Below are positions 14,380 through 27,830 of a DNA stretch of 64,000 nt, one piece after another. Numbering within the stretch: the stretch's first letter is position 1; every line of letters starts with the position of its first letter. The notes beneath the pieces are model-generated. The model saw only the letters and a program-made list of their open reading frames with translations, was not told the origin of the DNA and ran no database searches. The DNA comes from Octopus vulgaris (taxonomy: Eukaryota). Both the position numbers and the translations under genes were made by a program. The stretch spans positions 123,628,001 to 123,692,000 of the forward strand of contig OX597815.1 of NCBI GenBank assembly GCA_951406725.2. The letters are read 5' to 3'.

Positions 14380-14900
14380 TTACTTGTCTTTCATGATGTT
14401 AAAGAGAACAAGGCCAGTTGAGGTGAAATAGTTCTGTCTTATTGTTGTGAGGTAATACAAGCATGAGTTTTGTGGAGGGCAGATGGCACAGGAACCAAAT
14501 CTTGGATGAATAATAATATTGATGCCAACATCACTTGGGCACTGTTGATGGAATATTTTCTGGTGTTGGAGGGAATAAAATTTGAGCATCTTGAGCCAAT
14601 CCTAATCATGAAGACATGTCATGTCTATTTTTTATTGATTAATCTCTGGGATGCTTCAATTTTTATAACAGTTTGTTTAGTGTAGAGAGACCACAGCAGA
14701 CAGTAGCATTTAAGGTGAGGCTGGGTGAAAGCAGGGTAGAGAAGGATAATGGTAGGCATGTCTCTAGGACAGAAAGTCTTGAGGATCCAGGACCATGCCC
14801 TGTGGGCCATGTTAACTTCCATTTTTATGTGGGCACTCTAGCTTACATTATTGGTCAACAGTTACTCCAAGGTCCTTAGCAGTGTTTGATGCCATGAGGT
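14380..14900 (-). mobile_element. CR1/L2-group LINE ORF2 C-terminal relic
   Basis: AHRAWSWILKTF.PRD...ILLYPAFTQPHLKCYCLLWSLY...KIEASQR and LKFYSLQ...HPRFG...NYFTSTGLVLFN resemble the CR1-group C-terminal motifs (WILRTF, RPHLEY, LYSLQRRR). Confidence 0.7.
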
Positions 14901-15493
14901 TTTGCCCGAGTGTATGGTAGCTTAAGTGCAGCCTCTTTGCTGTTAGAAAACTGATTATAGCAGTGACTCTGTCTAAGAATATCTGAAGAAGGAATATTAT
15001 TCAGACTATGGATGACTAAATTCATATCAACAGGTATGTAGCCCATTGTCTGTATTATAGTGCATTGTTGTATCATTCAAAACTTTTTATTTTTTACAAA
15101 CAATACACAATGCTTCAAGCGAACTACAATAATTAAAATTTATTCTCACTTAGCTGCTTGTTTGTGCTTTTCTGCCCATTTATACATTTGAAGTGTAGCT
15201 GTTACTTGCAAATGAGCATGACCTGTTAGCTCACCACTACGCTTTTGTTAATTGTTTTAGGTAGCTGTGTAGTCAAAAGCAGATATAGACATCCTGCTGG
15301 GCCTCCCACTCTTATTGACAAAGAGGCATATCAAGAAGGAGTTGATGATTGGAGGGAAAGAGGGCTGCACCAGCAATTGGCTAGTATCTATTTTTAGCTA
15401 TGTAGATTGGAAGTGTGTGAAGTAAAGGCCCTTGGCAAAAAGACGCCCAAAGTTGCCTGGTCCAAGAATCAAACCCACTAGGTTACACGCCTT

Positions 15494-15529
<36 letters not shown>

Positions 15530-16167
15530 CATACACATGTATGTGTGTATGTTAGTTTAAGGTTCTTTATAATAGTTACAATAATGATGATGATGATGAC
15601 ATAGCTGAGTTTATTGTATACAGTGGTCAGATGGTGCATATATATATATATAAATATATATGCACCAGAGTAAGCACATAAATGTGAAACAAGGGGGAAA
15701 AAATTGTACTTGAATACCAGAGGTAGAGTAATATGCTTTATTAAAAAGCAGCAAAAATATCACAAAAACAGTTACTCACAGTTTTGTGCTCCTGTTTGTC
15801 AGACAGTTTAATAAAGTATATATATATTTGTCCCCCACCCTATCATCGCTTGACAACAGATATTGGTGTGTTTACGTCCTCGTAACCTTGCGGTTCGGCA
15901 AAAGAGACCCATAGAATAAGTACTGGGCTTACAAAGAATAAGTCCTGGGGTTGATTTGTTTGACCAAAGGCAGTGCTCCAGCAAGGGCATAGTCAAATGA
16001 CTGAAACAAGTAAAAGGATATATACATATATATATATATATGGTGCATATATAATAAGTCCTGGGGTTGATTTGTTTGACCAAAGGCAGTGCTCCAGCAT
16101 GGGCGTAGTCAAATGACTGAAACAAGTAAAAGGATATATACATATATATATATGGTGCATACACACA

Positions 16168-16210
<43 letters not shown>

Positions 16211-16222
16211 TGCATACACACA

Positions 16223-16265
<43 letters not shown>

Positions 16266-19066
16266 TGCATACACACACACATGCATATATATAAATATAT
16301 TGAGGAAAAAAAGTCGTCAGAATTTTGGAAAAAAAGACTTATTTTTATTTCTTCATTATTATTAGTGCTTTCGTTCCTTTCTCGAACTTAATATTCTGAC
16401 GACTTTTTTTCTTAATATTCAATTTCTGTACATCATACCTAACACTACACACACACACACATGTATACATACACATGCATATTGTGTATGTAGATGTGCA
16501 TATGTTTGTGTGTCTGCATATCTTATATATTAATAATAATTATGTACACACACACTTATATTTACTGGATGTATTTTTATAGCTGTCAGGAGGTTATACA
16601 AGTCTATTCATTCAATTATTTCATTTTTCCATCCAGTACCAGTAACTATAATTAGTCTCTAATAGTTTATTAGTTTGAAGGATATAGTTGTAGTTTGAAG
16701 AAGTAACTGATACTAAATAGCTGTTGTTGTTTTGTTTCACAGTTGGTAGTAGTATAGTATGGCTAGCAAAATAATAGTAGCTTTCTGTTACTGAGTGGCA
16801 AGCATTTTTGCAGAGAAGCAAGCCACCGCCATTGCCTTGCTGCTGTTGTCAGCAACCACTGACAAACAGTACCACTCCCAGCAACTGTCACCACCATCAC
16901 TACTATAATCACCATCATCACAATCATCATCATCACCACTATCATCACCACTGCTGCTGCAACTTCCATTACCACCACCACCACCACTACCACTGCCCTT
17001 CCTACTATCATTATCAGCAGCAGTAGTACCAGTATACTACTGCTGCCTTCAGTACTGTTAACTTCTCTGTATCACAACTATTTACCTCCTACCCCACATC
17101 GTTAACACCTCTGCTTCTACTTCATGCATTTTTTTGCTCATTTGGTTCAAAGTCTTCATTATTCTCTCATAAATGATCACTCAACATGTGATTTAAATGG
17201 CTTTGGGTCAAAAGTCTTTAGCATGTGTTCCCATTTATATTTTTTGGTATGCATGCTTCTATTGTATCATCCCAACTAAGTTCTCCACCACCACAAAAAA
17301 AACAAAAACAAGTCAAACCAGTTCAAAATTTCAATTTTTTTTTGCAATCCTTGATTCTAATAGAAGCTACTTGACATATCTCAAATCCTCTAATCCATTT
17401 GAACTTGAAGTTAATTAGTGAAAGAATCCTACATTTAGTCTACTGCTGTTTCAATCAATTAGTGATACCATTCCAATAGAGGATTTTTTTATGACTTATA
17501 CTGGCAATTTTATTCATTATTCATAACATAATATAGCAAATAATAAAGACCTAGACTCATATACCGAGTTCTAGACAAAGGTTGTAAATATAGTGTAAAA
17601 GCTTGTATTCTCTATGGCTTGCTTTCTAAAGTAAAAGGGAAAGTGGAAACAGTTGATTGATAGAATCCTATTTATTCTGGTCCTTATTTTATCAACTAAA
17701 GTTTTCATATGGCCTCTCTATGTACCAGTTGTAACATTTCATAGCCATGGTGTTGGTAACAGCAGCTTCCTTGTTCAGTGGATATTGGTTTTTAACTTGG
17801 GCTAATCAAAGCACAGCTCTGATGGATTGGTAATTGTAAAATTAGGGAATTGAAAATGTATGAGCAAATCTTGTACATGGAAATTGCAAAGGTGCCCCAC
17901 TTAGCTAGAGGTCCTCCACAGAAACATGTGCAGATAATTCAGGGATTCATTACAAATAGCAAAAATAACTAAATAAGTTATTTTTGCTAAACAGTATTCA
18001 TGTGGCCTTGAAATGAAGAAATTAACAAATGAATTGAGGGTGGTTGAAGACAGGAGGGCTGATGAAAATTTGGATGATACCTTGTGTGATTTGAATTGTT
18101 GGCAGCAGTATCAACTTGTATCTAAGTAGTAGATCTGTAGTCAGTGATTGAGCTTCTTCATCTTGATGTGTGTAGGGAACCAGTGCCAAGGGCAATATAG
18201 AAGAGCCAGGGGCATTTATTGCAGAGGAGAGTTTGGTTGAGGAAGTGCCATTTTGTGTCTTTGATGTTTGATCTCTGCTTTTTGCTGTCTTTTATTTTCA
18301 ATCAGGTTTGTTCCCACTATGATGACATAGTGACACTTAGAGTTGAATAAAGTGGAATGAATTGTAATTGATGACAAAAAACATAAGATGAGAGAGCAAA
18401 GACATTGTTAAAAGCTATTTTAAGTGAGAAGCAAGTCAAGGATTTACCAAAATTGGTAGAAATGAAATTTGGGAGAGGAATGAGAATATGTAACAAAACA
18501 CAGCACTAAAAAATCTAAAATTCAAACTGACTGAAATTGCTTGTCTTCTTAAAACTCTGTAAGATTGCTGAATTCTATTAGTGAATGAAAAGTTTTGGGT
18601 CTTAAAAGCTATTATTTATTTTTTAAAAATTTTCATTTTTATTTTTCATGCCAGCAAGGAAAGTGGACATTAAATGATGGTGATGATGATGATGATGATA
18701 ATAGAATTGTTACAGCACGAGAGAAAATGCCTTGTAGTATTTAGCTGTAGCCATTACATTTAGAATTCAAATCAAACCAAGGTCAACTTCACCTTTCATC
18801 TTACCATAAGGCATTTTGACCAGAGCTCTCATGATTCTGCTGTTCCATCACCTTTTTAATAATAATTCTTTTTACGACAGGCACAACAACTGAAATTTAG
18901 TGGAAGAGGTTAGTTGACTATATTGACCCCAATGCTTGACTGGTACTTACTTCATTGACCCCTAAAAAACGAAAGGCAAATGGGATTTGAACTTAGAACA
19001 TAACGATGGATGAAATGCTGCTAAACATTTTGTCCAGCATGCTAATGATTCTGCATGCTCACTGCT

Positions 19067-19138
<72 letters not shown>

Positions 19139-19140
19139 TA

Positions 19141-19669
19141 TGCCCTGATGCAGTACCAGGCACTGGCTCTCCTGGCTTCTGATCATAACTGATTGGAAGT
19201 GTTACCTTGTACATTGATTTGTCTTGCTATAAAAGATGGGCTACAGTAAATATTCTGCTCAATACTACAGATTTGCTTGTTAGTTGTTTAACCTTAACCA
19301 GTTGAGCATGTCCCTTAGTAACTGACGATATGTGCGTCTCTGATCATTGCTGTGTGTCGAGAGGAATTCTTTGGGGTTTGGATAATTCTCCTTTGGAAAC
19401 ATGGGTGCTTCATTCAACATTCTTAAACAATTCTTATTCAGGGACCTTTTGAGTGGGTTAGGCTACTTAACCTGAAGAAAATTCTAACTTGTCCCCACCT
19501 GCGAGGTCATGCTCAGTTTATCTTGATATGAGATCACCATATCGCACACATATGGTTGTGATGCATGTGCCAGGTGTACCCTTATCAGATGAGTAGTCAT
19601 GATGGGTATACTGGTCTTTGTATATTTTACCCCAATGTCACTTTGATGGCATGCATTGCTCTCTCACTC
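19141..19669. mobile_element. Unclassified ~555-bp (AAT)n-embedded element, copy 1 (about 26-bp internal deletion)
   Basis: Begins tgccctgatgcagtaccaggc and ends gctctctcactc, with (AAT)n on both sides. Confidence 0.85.
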
Positions 19670-19688
19670 AATAATAATAATAATAATG

Positions 19689-19723
<35 letters not shown>

Positions 19724-22670
19724 CATCATCATCATCATCATCGTTTAGCGTCCGCTTTCCATGCTAGCATGGGTTGGACGGTTCTACTGGGGTCTGTGAA
19801 GCCAGAAGGCTTCATCAGGCCCAGTCAAATCTGGCAGTGTTTCTACGGCTGGATGCCCTTCCTAACGCCAACCACTCCGTGAGTGTAGTGGGTGCTTTTT
19901 ACGTGCCACCCGCACTGGTGCCAGACAGAGCTGGCAAACGGCCACGAACGGATGGTGCTTTTTATGTGCCACCGGCACGAGGGCCAGGCGAGGCTGGCAA
20001 CGGACACGAAACGGGGCGGTGCTGGCAACGGTCGCGAAACGGAAAGTTCTCTTACATGCCACCGGCACTGGTAACACATCTGCAATTTCCATTGATCAAT
20101 TTCCATTGATCGATTTCGATTCTGATCCTCACTTGCCTCAACGGGTCTTCACAAGTAGAGTTTCGACATGCCACCGGCACTGGTAACACATCCGCAATTT
20201 CCATTAATCGATTTCGATTCTGATCCTCACTTGCCTCAACACGTCTTCACAAGTAGAGTTTTGTGTCCCAAGAAGGGAAGGTATGCATACGTAGGCTGGC
20301 TCCATCCCATGTAGAAGGCCACGGGTTATGGACTCACTTGTCCTGCCGGGTCTTCTCGCGCACAGCACACTTCCAGAGGTCTCGGTCTCTAGTCATTTCC
20401 TCAGTGAGACCTAAAGTTCGAAGGTCGTGCTTCACCACCTCGTCCCAGGTTTTCCTGGGTCTGCCTCTTCCACAGGTTCCCTCAACTGCTAGGGTGTGGC
20501 ACTTTTTCACACAACTATCTTCATCCATTCTCGCCACATGACCATACCAGCGCAAACGTCTCTCTTGCACACCACAACTGATGCTTCTTAGGTCCAGCTT
20601 TTCTCTCAAGGTACTTACACTCTGCCGAGTGTGAGTACCGGCATTACACATCCATCGGAGCATACTGGCTTCATTTCTAGCGAGCTTACGCATATCCTCA
20701 GCAGTCACGGCCCATGTCTCACTGCCATGTAGCATGGCTGTTCGTACACACGCATCATACAGTCTGCCTTTCACTCTGTGCGAGAGGCCTTTTGTCACCA
20801 GCAGAGGTAAGAGCTCTCTGAACTTTGCCCAAGCTATTCTTACTCTAGCAGTTACACTTTCGGCACACCCGCCCCCGCTGCTGACTTGGTCACCTAGGTA
20901 ACGGAAACTATCAACTATTTCTAGTTTTTCTCCCTGGAAAGTGATGGAAGTTGGTCTCAGAGCATTTTCAGTGTTTATTGTTCCTGAGCATCTACCACAT
21001 ACAAAAACCATCTTCCTAGTTAGCCTTCCTTTGACATTGCTGCATCTCTTATGTGTCCATAGCTTACACTTGGTGCATCTTATAGAGTTTCTACGCTCAT
21101 CAGTTTGGAACCTTTTCTACAGATCGAGCAGGGCCATCTACCTGAAGGTGTTTGTGATTTGTCTACCTTCCTACTGATTACGACTTTGGTTTTAGCTAGA
21201 TTGACTCTGAGGCCCTTCGATTCTAATCCTTGTTTCCACACCTGAAACTTCTCCTCCAGTTCTGATAGCGACTCAGCAATTAGAGCAAGGTCATCAGCAT
21301 AGAGGAGCTCCCAAGGGCATCCTGTCTCGAATTCCTCCGTTATTGCCTGGAGGACTATGATAGGGCATCCTGTCTCGAATTCCTCCGTTATTGCCTGGAG
21401 GAGGAGGGGGCTGAGTACTGAGCCTTGGTGGACCCCTACCTCTACCCGGAATTCTTCACTGTACTCATTTCCAACCCTCACCCTACTAGCAGCGTCCCTA
21501 TACATGGCCCGCACAGCTCTCACTAACCATTCATCTATCCCTAGTTTCCTCATTGCCCACCAGATAAGGGATCGGGGGACCCTGTCGAAGGCTTTCTCCA
21601 TGTCAACAAAAGCCAGGTACAGGGGCTTATCTTTGGCTAGGTATTTCTCCTGCAGCTGCCTTACCAGGAATATAGCATCAGTAGTACTTTTCCCTGGCAC
21701 AAACCCAAACTGCATCTCATCTAAACTAACTCTCTCTCTAATTAGTTGGGCTATGACCCTCTCCGTAACCTTCATCACCTGATCCAACAGCTTGATACCT
21801 CTGTAGTTATTTGTATCTAGGGCATCACCTTTACCTTTGTAGCAGTTGACTATTATACTGCTACACCAGTCATTGGGTATGACCCCTTTGTGTATCACCT
21901 GATTAACTATACGGGTGACTAGGCTATAGCCGACACTACCAGACATTTTGAGCATCTCTGCAGTGATTCCTGATGGGCCTGGGGCTTTCCCTGTCTTCAT
22001 GCTTCTAATTGCCTTAGCTACCACGGAACTATCAACTCGGATAGCTGGTCCCTCTGTTGGGTCAACATTCGGCAGACTCTCTTTATCCCATTCATTTTCT
22101 TCATTCAGCAACCTTTCATAGTGGCATCTCCAAACCTCTCTCTTTGCATCCTCATTTAGCGCAAGTGAACCATCTTCCATGCGAACACACTTCTCTCCTA
22201 CCACATCACGATTCTCTCTCACACACTGTCTTGCAACACGAAACACCTCCAGTCTTTGGTCCTCACGGCGCAGAACATTGGCAAATTTTTTCTTATCTGC
22301 TTCCCCTCTGGCTAAATAAACCTGTCTCCTAGCTTCTCTTTTGGCAGTCTGATACAATTCCCTGCTACCCCCATTTTTCCAGACCTTCCAAGCCTGTCTC
22401 TTTTCTCTAATAGCCCTGTCTACAATATTGTTCCACCACCACGTTATTCTAGGTCGAGAGGGGACTTTGCACCAGCCACAGATCTGGTCAGTGGCTCTCA
22501 GCAGGTTGTCCCTTAGAAACGTCCAGCTGTCTTCTACCCCCTGTGATGCTCTATCCCCTTCTACTTCGTCAGAGGCTTCAAGTAATATGTCCCTAAATCT
22601 CTGTCCATTTGCAGGATCTTTAAGCTTCCAGATCCTTCTTCTCCATATTTGTCGTCTTCTGGTTGTCCTC
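19724..22670 (-). mobile_element. RTE-clade LINE, 5'-truncated young copy (RT + PHD-like finger + C-terminus + 3'UTR + (GAT)n tail)
   Basis: ORFs 21080-22831 and 20334-21011 encode RT motifs (KAPGPSG, YRGIKLL, QFGF, FVDMEKAFDRV, GVHQGSVLSP, YADD, FRYLG) and the RTE C-terminus (RRLRWYGHVARM, GRGRPRKTW). One frameshift near 21095-21109. The 3'UTR ends in CCATGCTAGCATGG...(GAT)n. Inserted in (AAT)n; no endonuclease domain remains. Confidence 0.93.
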
Positions 22671-22929
22671 AATAATAATAATAATAATAATAATAATGAT
22701 AATAATAATAATAATAATGGTTTCAAATTTTGCCACAAGGCCTGCAATCTTGGGGGAGGGATGAGTTGATTACATTGACCCCAGTATTCAACTGGGTCAC
22801 ATTTTACCAACCTTGAAAGGATGAAAGGCAAAGTTGACCTTGGTGAAATTTGAATTCAGAACAGAGCGATGAGCGAAATACTGCTAATTATTTTGTCTGG
22901 CATGCTAATGATTCTGCCAGCTCACCACC

Positions 22930-22984
<55 letters not shown>

Positions 22985-22985
<1 letters not shown>

Positions 22986-23538
22986 GCCCTGATGTAGTAC
23001 CAGGCAGAGGCTCTCATGGCTTCTGATCTTAACTGATTGGAAGTGTTATCATGTACATTGTTCTGTCTTGGTATAAAAGATGGGCTACAGCAAATATTCT
23101 GCTCAATACCACAGATTTGCTTGTCAGTTGTTTGACCTTAACCAGTTGAGCATGTCCCTTAGTGGCTGACGATATGTGCATCTCTGATCACGAGCAGAAG
23201 TTGTGGGGGAGCATCATAGCCATGTGTTGAGAGGGATTCTTTGGGTTTGAATAATTCACCTCTGAAAACATGGGTGGGTTTTTCAACATCCTTAAACAAC
23301 TCTTATTCAGGGACCGTTTGAGCGGGCTGGGCTACTCAACCTGAAGAAAATTCTAACTGGGCCCCACCTGCAAGGTCATGTGCAGTTTATCTTGATATGA
23401 GATCACCATGCCGCGCACATATGGTTGTGATGCATGTGCCTGGTGTGCCCTTATCAGACGGGTAGTCATGATGGGTATATTGGGCTTCGTATATTTTACC
23501 CCAGTGTCACTTTGATGGCATGCACTGCTCTCTCACTC
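22985..23538. mobile_element. Unclassified ~555-bp (AAT)n-embedded element, copy 2
   Basis: Same termini as copies 1, 3 and 6; (AAT)n on both sides. Confidence 0.88.
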
Positions 23539-23539
23539 A

Positions 23540-23575
23540 ATAATAATAATAATAACAACAACAACAATAATAATG

Positions 23576-23625
<50 letters not shown>

Positions 23626-23835
23626 CCTTGCACTATAGGTGCAAGGCCTGAAATTTGGGGGAGGGTGATAGCTGATTACATTGACTCCAATACTCAATTG
23701 GTACTTATTTTATCCACCCTGAAAGGATGAAAGGCAAAGTGAACCTCAGCGGAATTTGAACTCAGGACGTAAAGATGGGTGAAATACCACTAAGCATTTT
23801 ACCCACTATGCTAACAATTCTGCCAGCTCACCACC

Positions 23836-23896
<61 letters not shown>

Positions 23897-23916
23897 CAAC
23901 AACAACAATAATAATG

Positions 23917-23972
<56 letters not shown>

Positions 23973-24182
23973 CCTTGCACTATAGGTGCAAGGCCTGAAA
24001 TTTTGGGGAGGGTGATAGCTGATTACATTGACTCCAATACTCAATTGGTACTTATTTTATCCACCCTGAAAGGATGAAAGGCAAAGTGAACCTCAGCGGA
24101 ATTTGAACTCAGGACGTAAAGATGGGTGAAATACCACTAAGCATTTTACCCACTATGCTAACAATTCTGCCAGCTCATTACC

Positions 24183-24185
<3 letters not shown>
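23540..24185. repeat. Tandem duplication (period 347 bp) of a SINE-A plus microsatellite
   Basis: 23624 and 23971 start near-identical SINE copies, each preceded by the same aac/aat/gat microsatellite pattern. Confidence 0.88.
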
Positions 24186-24225
<40 letters not shown>

Positions 24226-24766
24226 CTGCTTTTAGCATAGACTCAAGTCCTAAATGTGAGCGGAAGAGTTAATCAATTAAGTAAATTACCTGTCAAAGAC
24301 AAGGAGCAATTAATTAACCCTAACTCTTGAAAGGTATTTTATTTTATTGATCCCTGGAAGGATAGAAGGTAGAGTTGAGTATGACAGGATATGAATGCAG
24401 AACATAAAAAGCTGGAACAAATACCACAATGCATTTTTTTAATATGCTAATGAAGTGAATTATTATCATGTATAGTGTGATGACTGCAAATTGTGGGAAG
24501 CTGTATGACTGGGAAATACAAATAGTCAATATATAAGACAAGCAATGGCTAACTGTGTAGGAACTGATTATAATCAATTGGATAAATTTGGGTGACAGTA
24601 TGATTCATTGGACAAAGTTGAATGAGAGGCTGTGTATGTATGATACACTGAATTAAGGTGAGTGATTGACTGAATCATTGTCATGGCCACAACCACTGCT
24701 GTTACCAGTGTTGTTGTCATCGTCATCATTTTAATATCTAAATTTCCATGCTTACATGGGTTAGTT

Positions 24767-24998
24767 CAGTGGTTCTCAACCAGGGTTCATATGGCCCTTG
24801 GAGGTCTATATAAGATTTTGATGTTAAAATATGTGCACAAAATTGGTTGTACTTCTACAATGCACAAAATATTTTAACAATTTTGTTTATACAATTTCTA
24901 ATAATATTTAATTATAAAGATTGAATGGTTATGGGGCCCACCCAAGTAAAATAGGAACCAAAGAAGGCCATTGGCTAAAAAATGGTTGAGAACTATTG
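24767..24998. mobile_element. hAT (Charlie-like) MITE
   Basis: TIRs cagtggttctcaacca / tggttgagaactattg, with an 8-bp TSD ggttagtt / ggttagat (7/8). Interrupts a repeat also seen at about 8960-9090 and 11050-11260. Confidence 0.8.
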
Positions 24999-25460
24999 GG
25001 TTAGATGGAATTTGTTGAGGTAGATTTTCTTCTGCTGGAAGTCCGTCCTGTTGTCAGCCCTGACCTGTTGTCAGCCCTGACCTGTTTGCAAGCAAAATAT
25101 TGCCCCATGACTGGTTATGTTTTCATGGAAGATTAGAAACAAACGATATTGCTTGTACACGATGACGGGAAGCTGGCAGAAATGTTAGCATGCTGGACAA
25201 AATGCTTAGTAGTATTTTGTCTATCTTTGCGTTTTGAGTTCAAATTCTGCTGAGGTCGATTTTGCCTTTCATCCTTTTGGGGTCAATAAATTAAGTACCA
25301 GTTGCATGCTGGGGTCGATCTAATCTCACCTCCCTCAAAATTTCAGGCCTTGTGCCTAGAGTAGAAAAGAATATTGCTTGTATGAGGGTGATGGTCATTT
25401 ACAAATATTGTATGATGTCAGGAAAAGGGTACACAAACACACTCTGGTGCAGACACATAT

Positions 25461-25503
<43 letters not shown>

Positions 25504-27488
25504 GATTTCTTTTCAGTTCTTCCTACCAGATCTACTTGCCACATGGCTTTAGTCAGCCTGAAGCTAGAGAAAAAGATGCCCAAGTGTTAAACAGTAAGGT
25601 TGAACCTGAAAACATATGGTTCTAGGTTCATTTCACTTGATATATTAGATGAAGTTGAGTGACAGACTGATTATATATGACTCATTGAATAAAGTTGAGT
25701 GACAAGCTGATTATGACTCATTTTATGAGTTTGATGGATAAGAAGTCATGGGATCTGAGAATTAACTCAGAATATACAAGGGACAGCTAAATATCACAAG
25801 GTATGTTATCTGTAGTTTGCTACTATTATCTAATGTGTCCAAGGGCAGCAACATGCTACAAAACAGACACAGGAGCACAATGCAGTCCTTGAACACATCA
25901 GATCTCGTCATACCATCCAAGTCATGCCTGTATGAAACACAGACATCAAATGATGATAACCAGCCCACTTATGTGTGCCTTTCCTTCATTGGACACTAAA
26001 CTCAGCTTGCAAAGACCTGTTGAGGCAAGTGAAATCGAAATCAAAATCAAATTCGATGACTTGTATCCGTGTTAGTGGAGTGCTGCTAAGAGTACCATAC
26101 AATTGTTGCCAGAGCAACAAGCTGGCCTTTGTGCTGATGGCACATTAAAAACACCATTTGAGCATGAGCGTTATTTGTGTCACCTTACTAGCACTTGTGC
26201 TGGTGGCACGTGAAAAAACATTTGAGCGAGGTGTGACACATAAAAAGCACCATTAGAGTGTGGCTGTTGCCAGTACTGCCTGACTGGCCCTTGTGTCGGT
26301 GGCACGTAAAAGCACCCACTACACTCTCGGAGTGGTTGGCATTAGGAAGGACATCCAGCTGTAGAAACTCTGCCAGGTCAGATTGGAGTCTGGTGCAGTC
26401 ATCTTGTTCGCCAGACCTCAGTCAAATCATCCAACCCATGCTAGCATGGAAAGCGGACGTTAAACGATGATGATGGTGAGAATGATGAGGAATGATGTTG
26501 ATGATGAAAACAATAATAATAATATTTTCTCATTTTAATTCAAGATTAGCGATTTTGAGGGGAGTGAATAAGTTGATTACATTGACCCCAGTGGTCAGCT
26601 GGTACTTATTTTTATCAAGCCTAAGAGGATGAAAGGTAGAATAGATCTCAGCAGAATTTGAACTCAGGACATAAAGAATTAGAAGCACCTCTAAGCATTT
26701 TGTCTGATGTTCTAACGCTTCTGCTAGTTTTCTGCTTCACTACAACTCCTAATAATACTTTCAAATTTTGTTGCAAGGCCAGTAATTTTAATGAGAGAGG
26801 GTTTGTTGATGACATCAACTCTAGTGCTCAACTGGTACTTAATTTTATCAACCCTGAAAAGATGGCAAGCAGATTCAAACTTGACAGAATTTGAACTCAG
26901 AATGTGAAGAATAAGAACAAATGCACCAAAGTGTTTATTTTAATGCCCTAACAGTTCTGCTAACATGGCTGATTCCTAATATTGGTATAAGGCCATCATT
27001 TTCAAGGGGAGGAAATTAGTTGATATTATCAATCCCTGCATTAAACAGGAACTTAGTTTATTGATTCCAGAAGATTGAAAGACAAGTTGGCCTTGGTGGG
27101 ATCTGAATTCAGAACAAAAAAGGAGGAACAAATACTGCAAGGCATTTTTTTTCCTTTCCAATGCTTTAATAATTCTATCATCTTGCTGCCCTCATATGAT
27201 GATGATGATGATGATGATGATGAGGAGAAGGAGGAGGATAATAATAATAGTAATAATGATTTCAAGTTTTGACACAAGACCCAGGGTGAGGGTAAGTCAG
27301 TTACATTGACTCCAGTACTCAACTTGTACAAGGCCCAAGGAGGGGTAAGTCAATTACAGTGACCTCAGTACTCAACTGGTACTTATTTTATCGACCCTGA
27401 AAGGAAGAAAGGCAAAGTTAACCTTGGCAGACAAAATGCTGCTAAGCATTTTGTCTGGCATGCTTACAATTCTGCCAGTTCAGTCTTA

Positions 27489-27545
<57 letters not shown>

Positions 27546-27776
27546 GTTTCAAATTTTGCCATAAGGGCAGTCATTTTTGCGGGGTGGGGATAAGTCGATT
27601 ACATCATCCCCAATATTTCACTGGTACTTAATTTATCCATCCTGAAAGGATGAAAAGTTAAGTTGGCCTTGGTGGAATTAGAACTCAGAATCTAGAGGCA
27701 GACGAAATACCTTTAAGCATTTTGTCAGGCATGCTAATGATTCTGCCAGCATGCCACCTTCATCATCATCATCATC

Positions 27777-27829
<53 letters not shown>

Positions 27830-27830
<1 letters not shown>

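Noticed and set aside
22671-22831. N-terminal hydrophobic 'signal/TM' segment of the 583-aa ORF
   Set aside because: It is read-through from a SINE-A and an (ATT)n array (poly-Leu) into the 5'-truncated RTE, not part of the protein.
23434-23730. Recurrent ORF MCLVxPYQTGSHDGY... in the 555-bp element
   Set aside because: It recurs only because the element is repeated, runs into poly-Asn from (AAT)n and has no recognisable domain.
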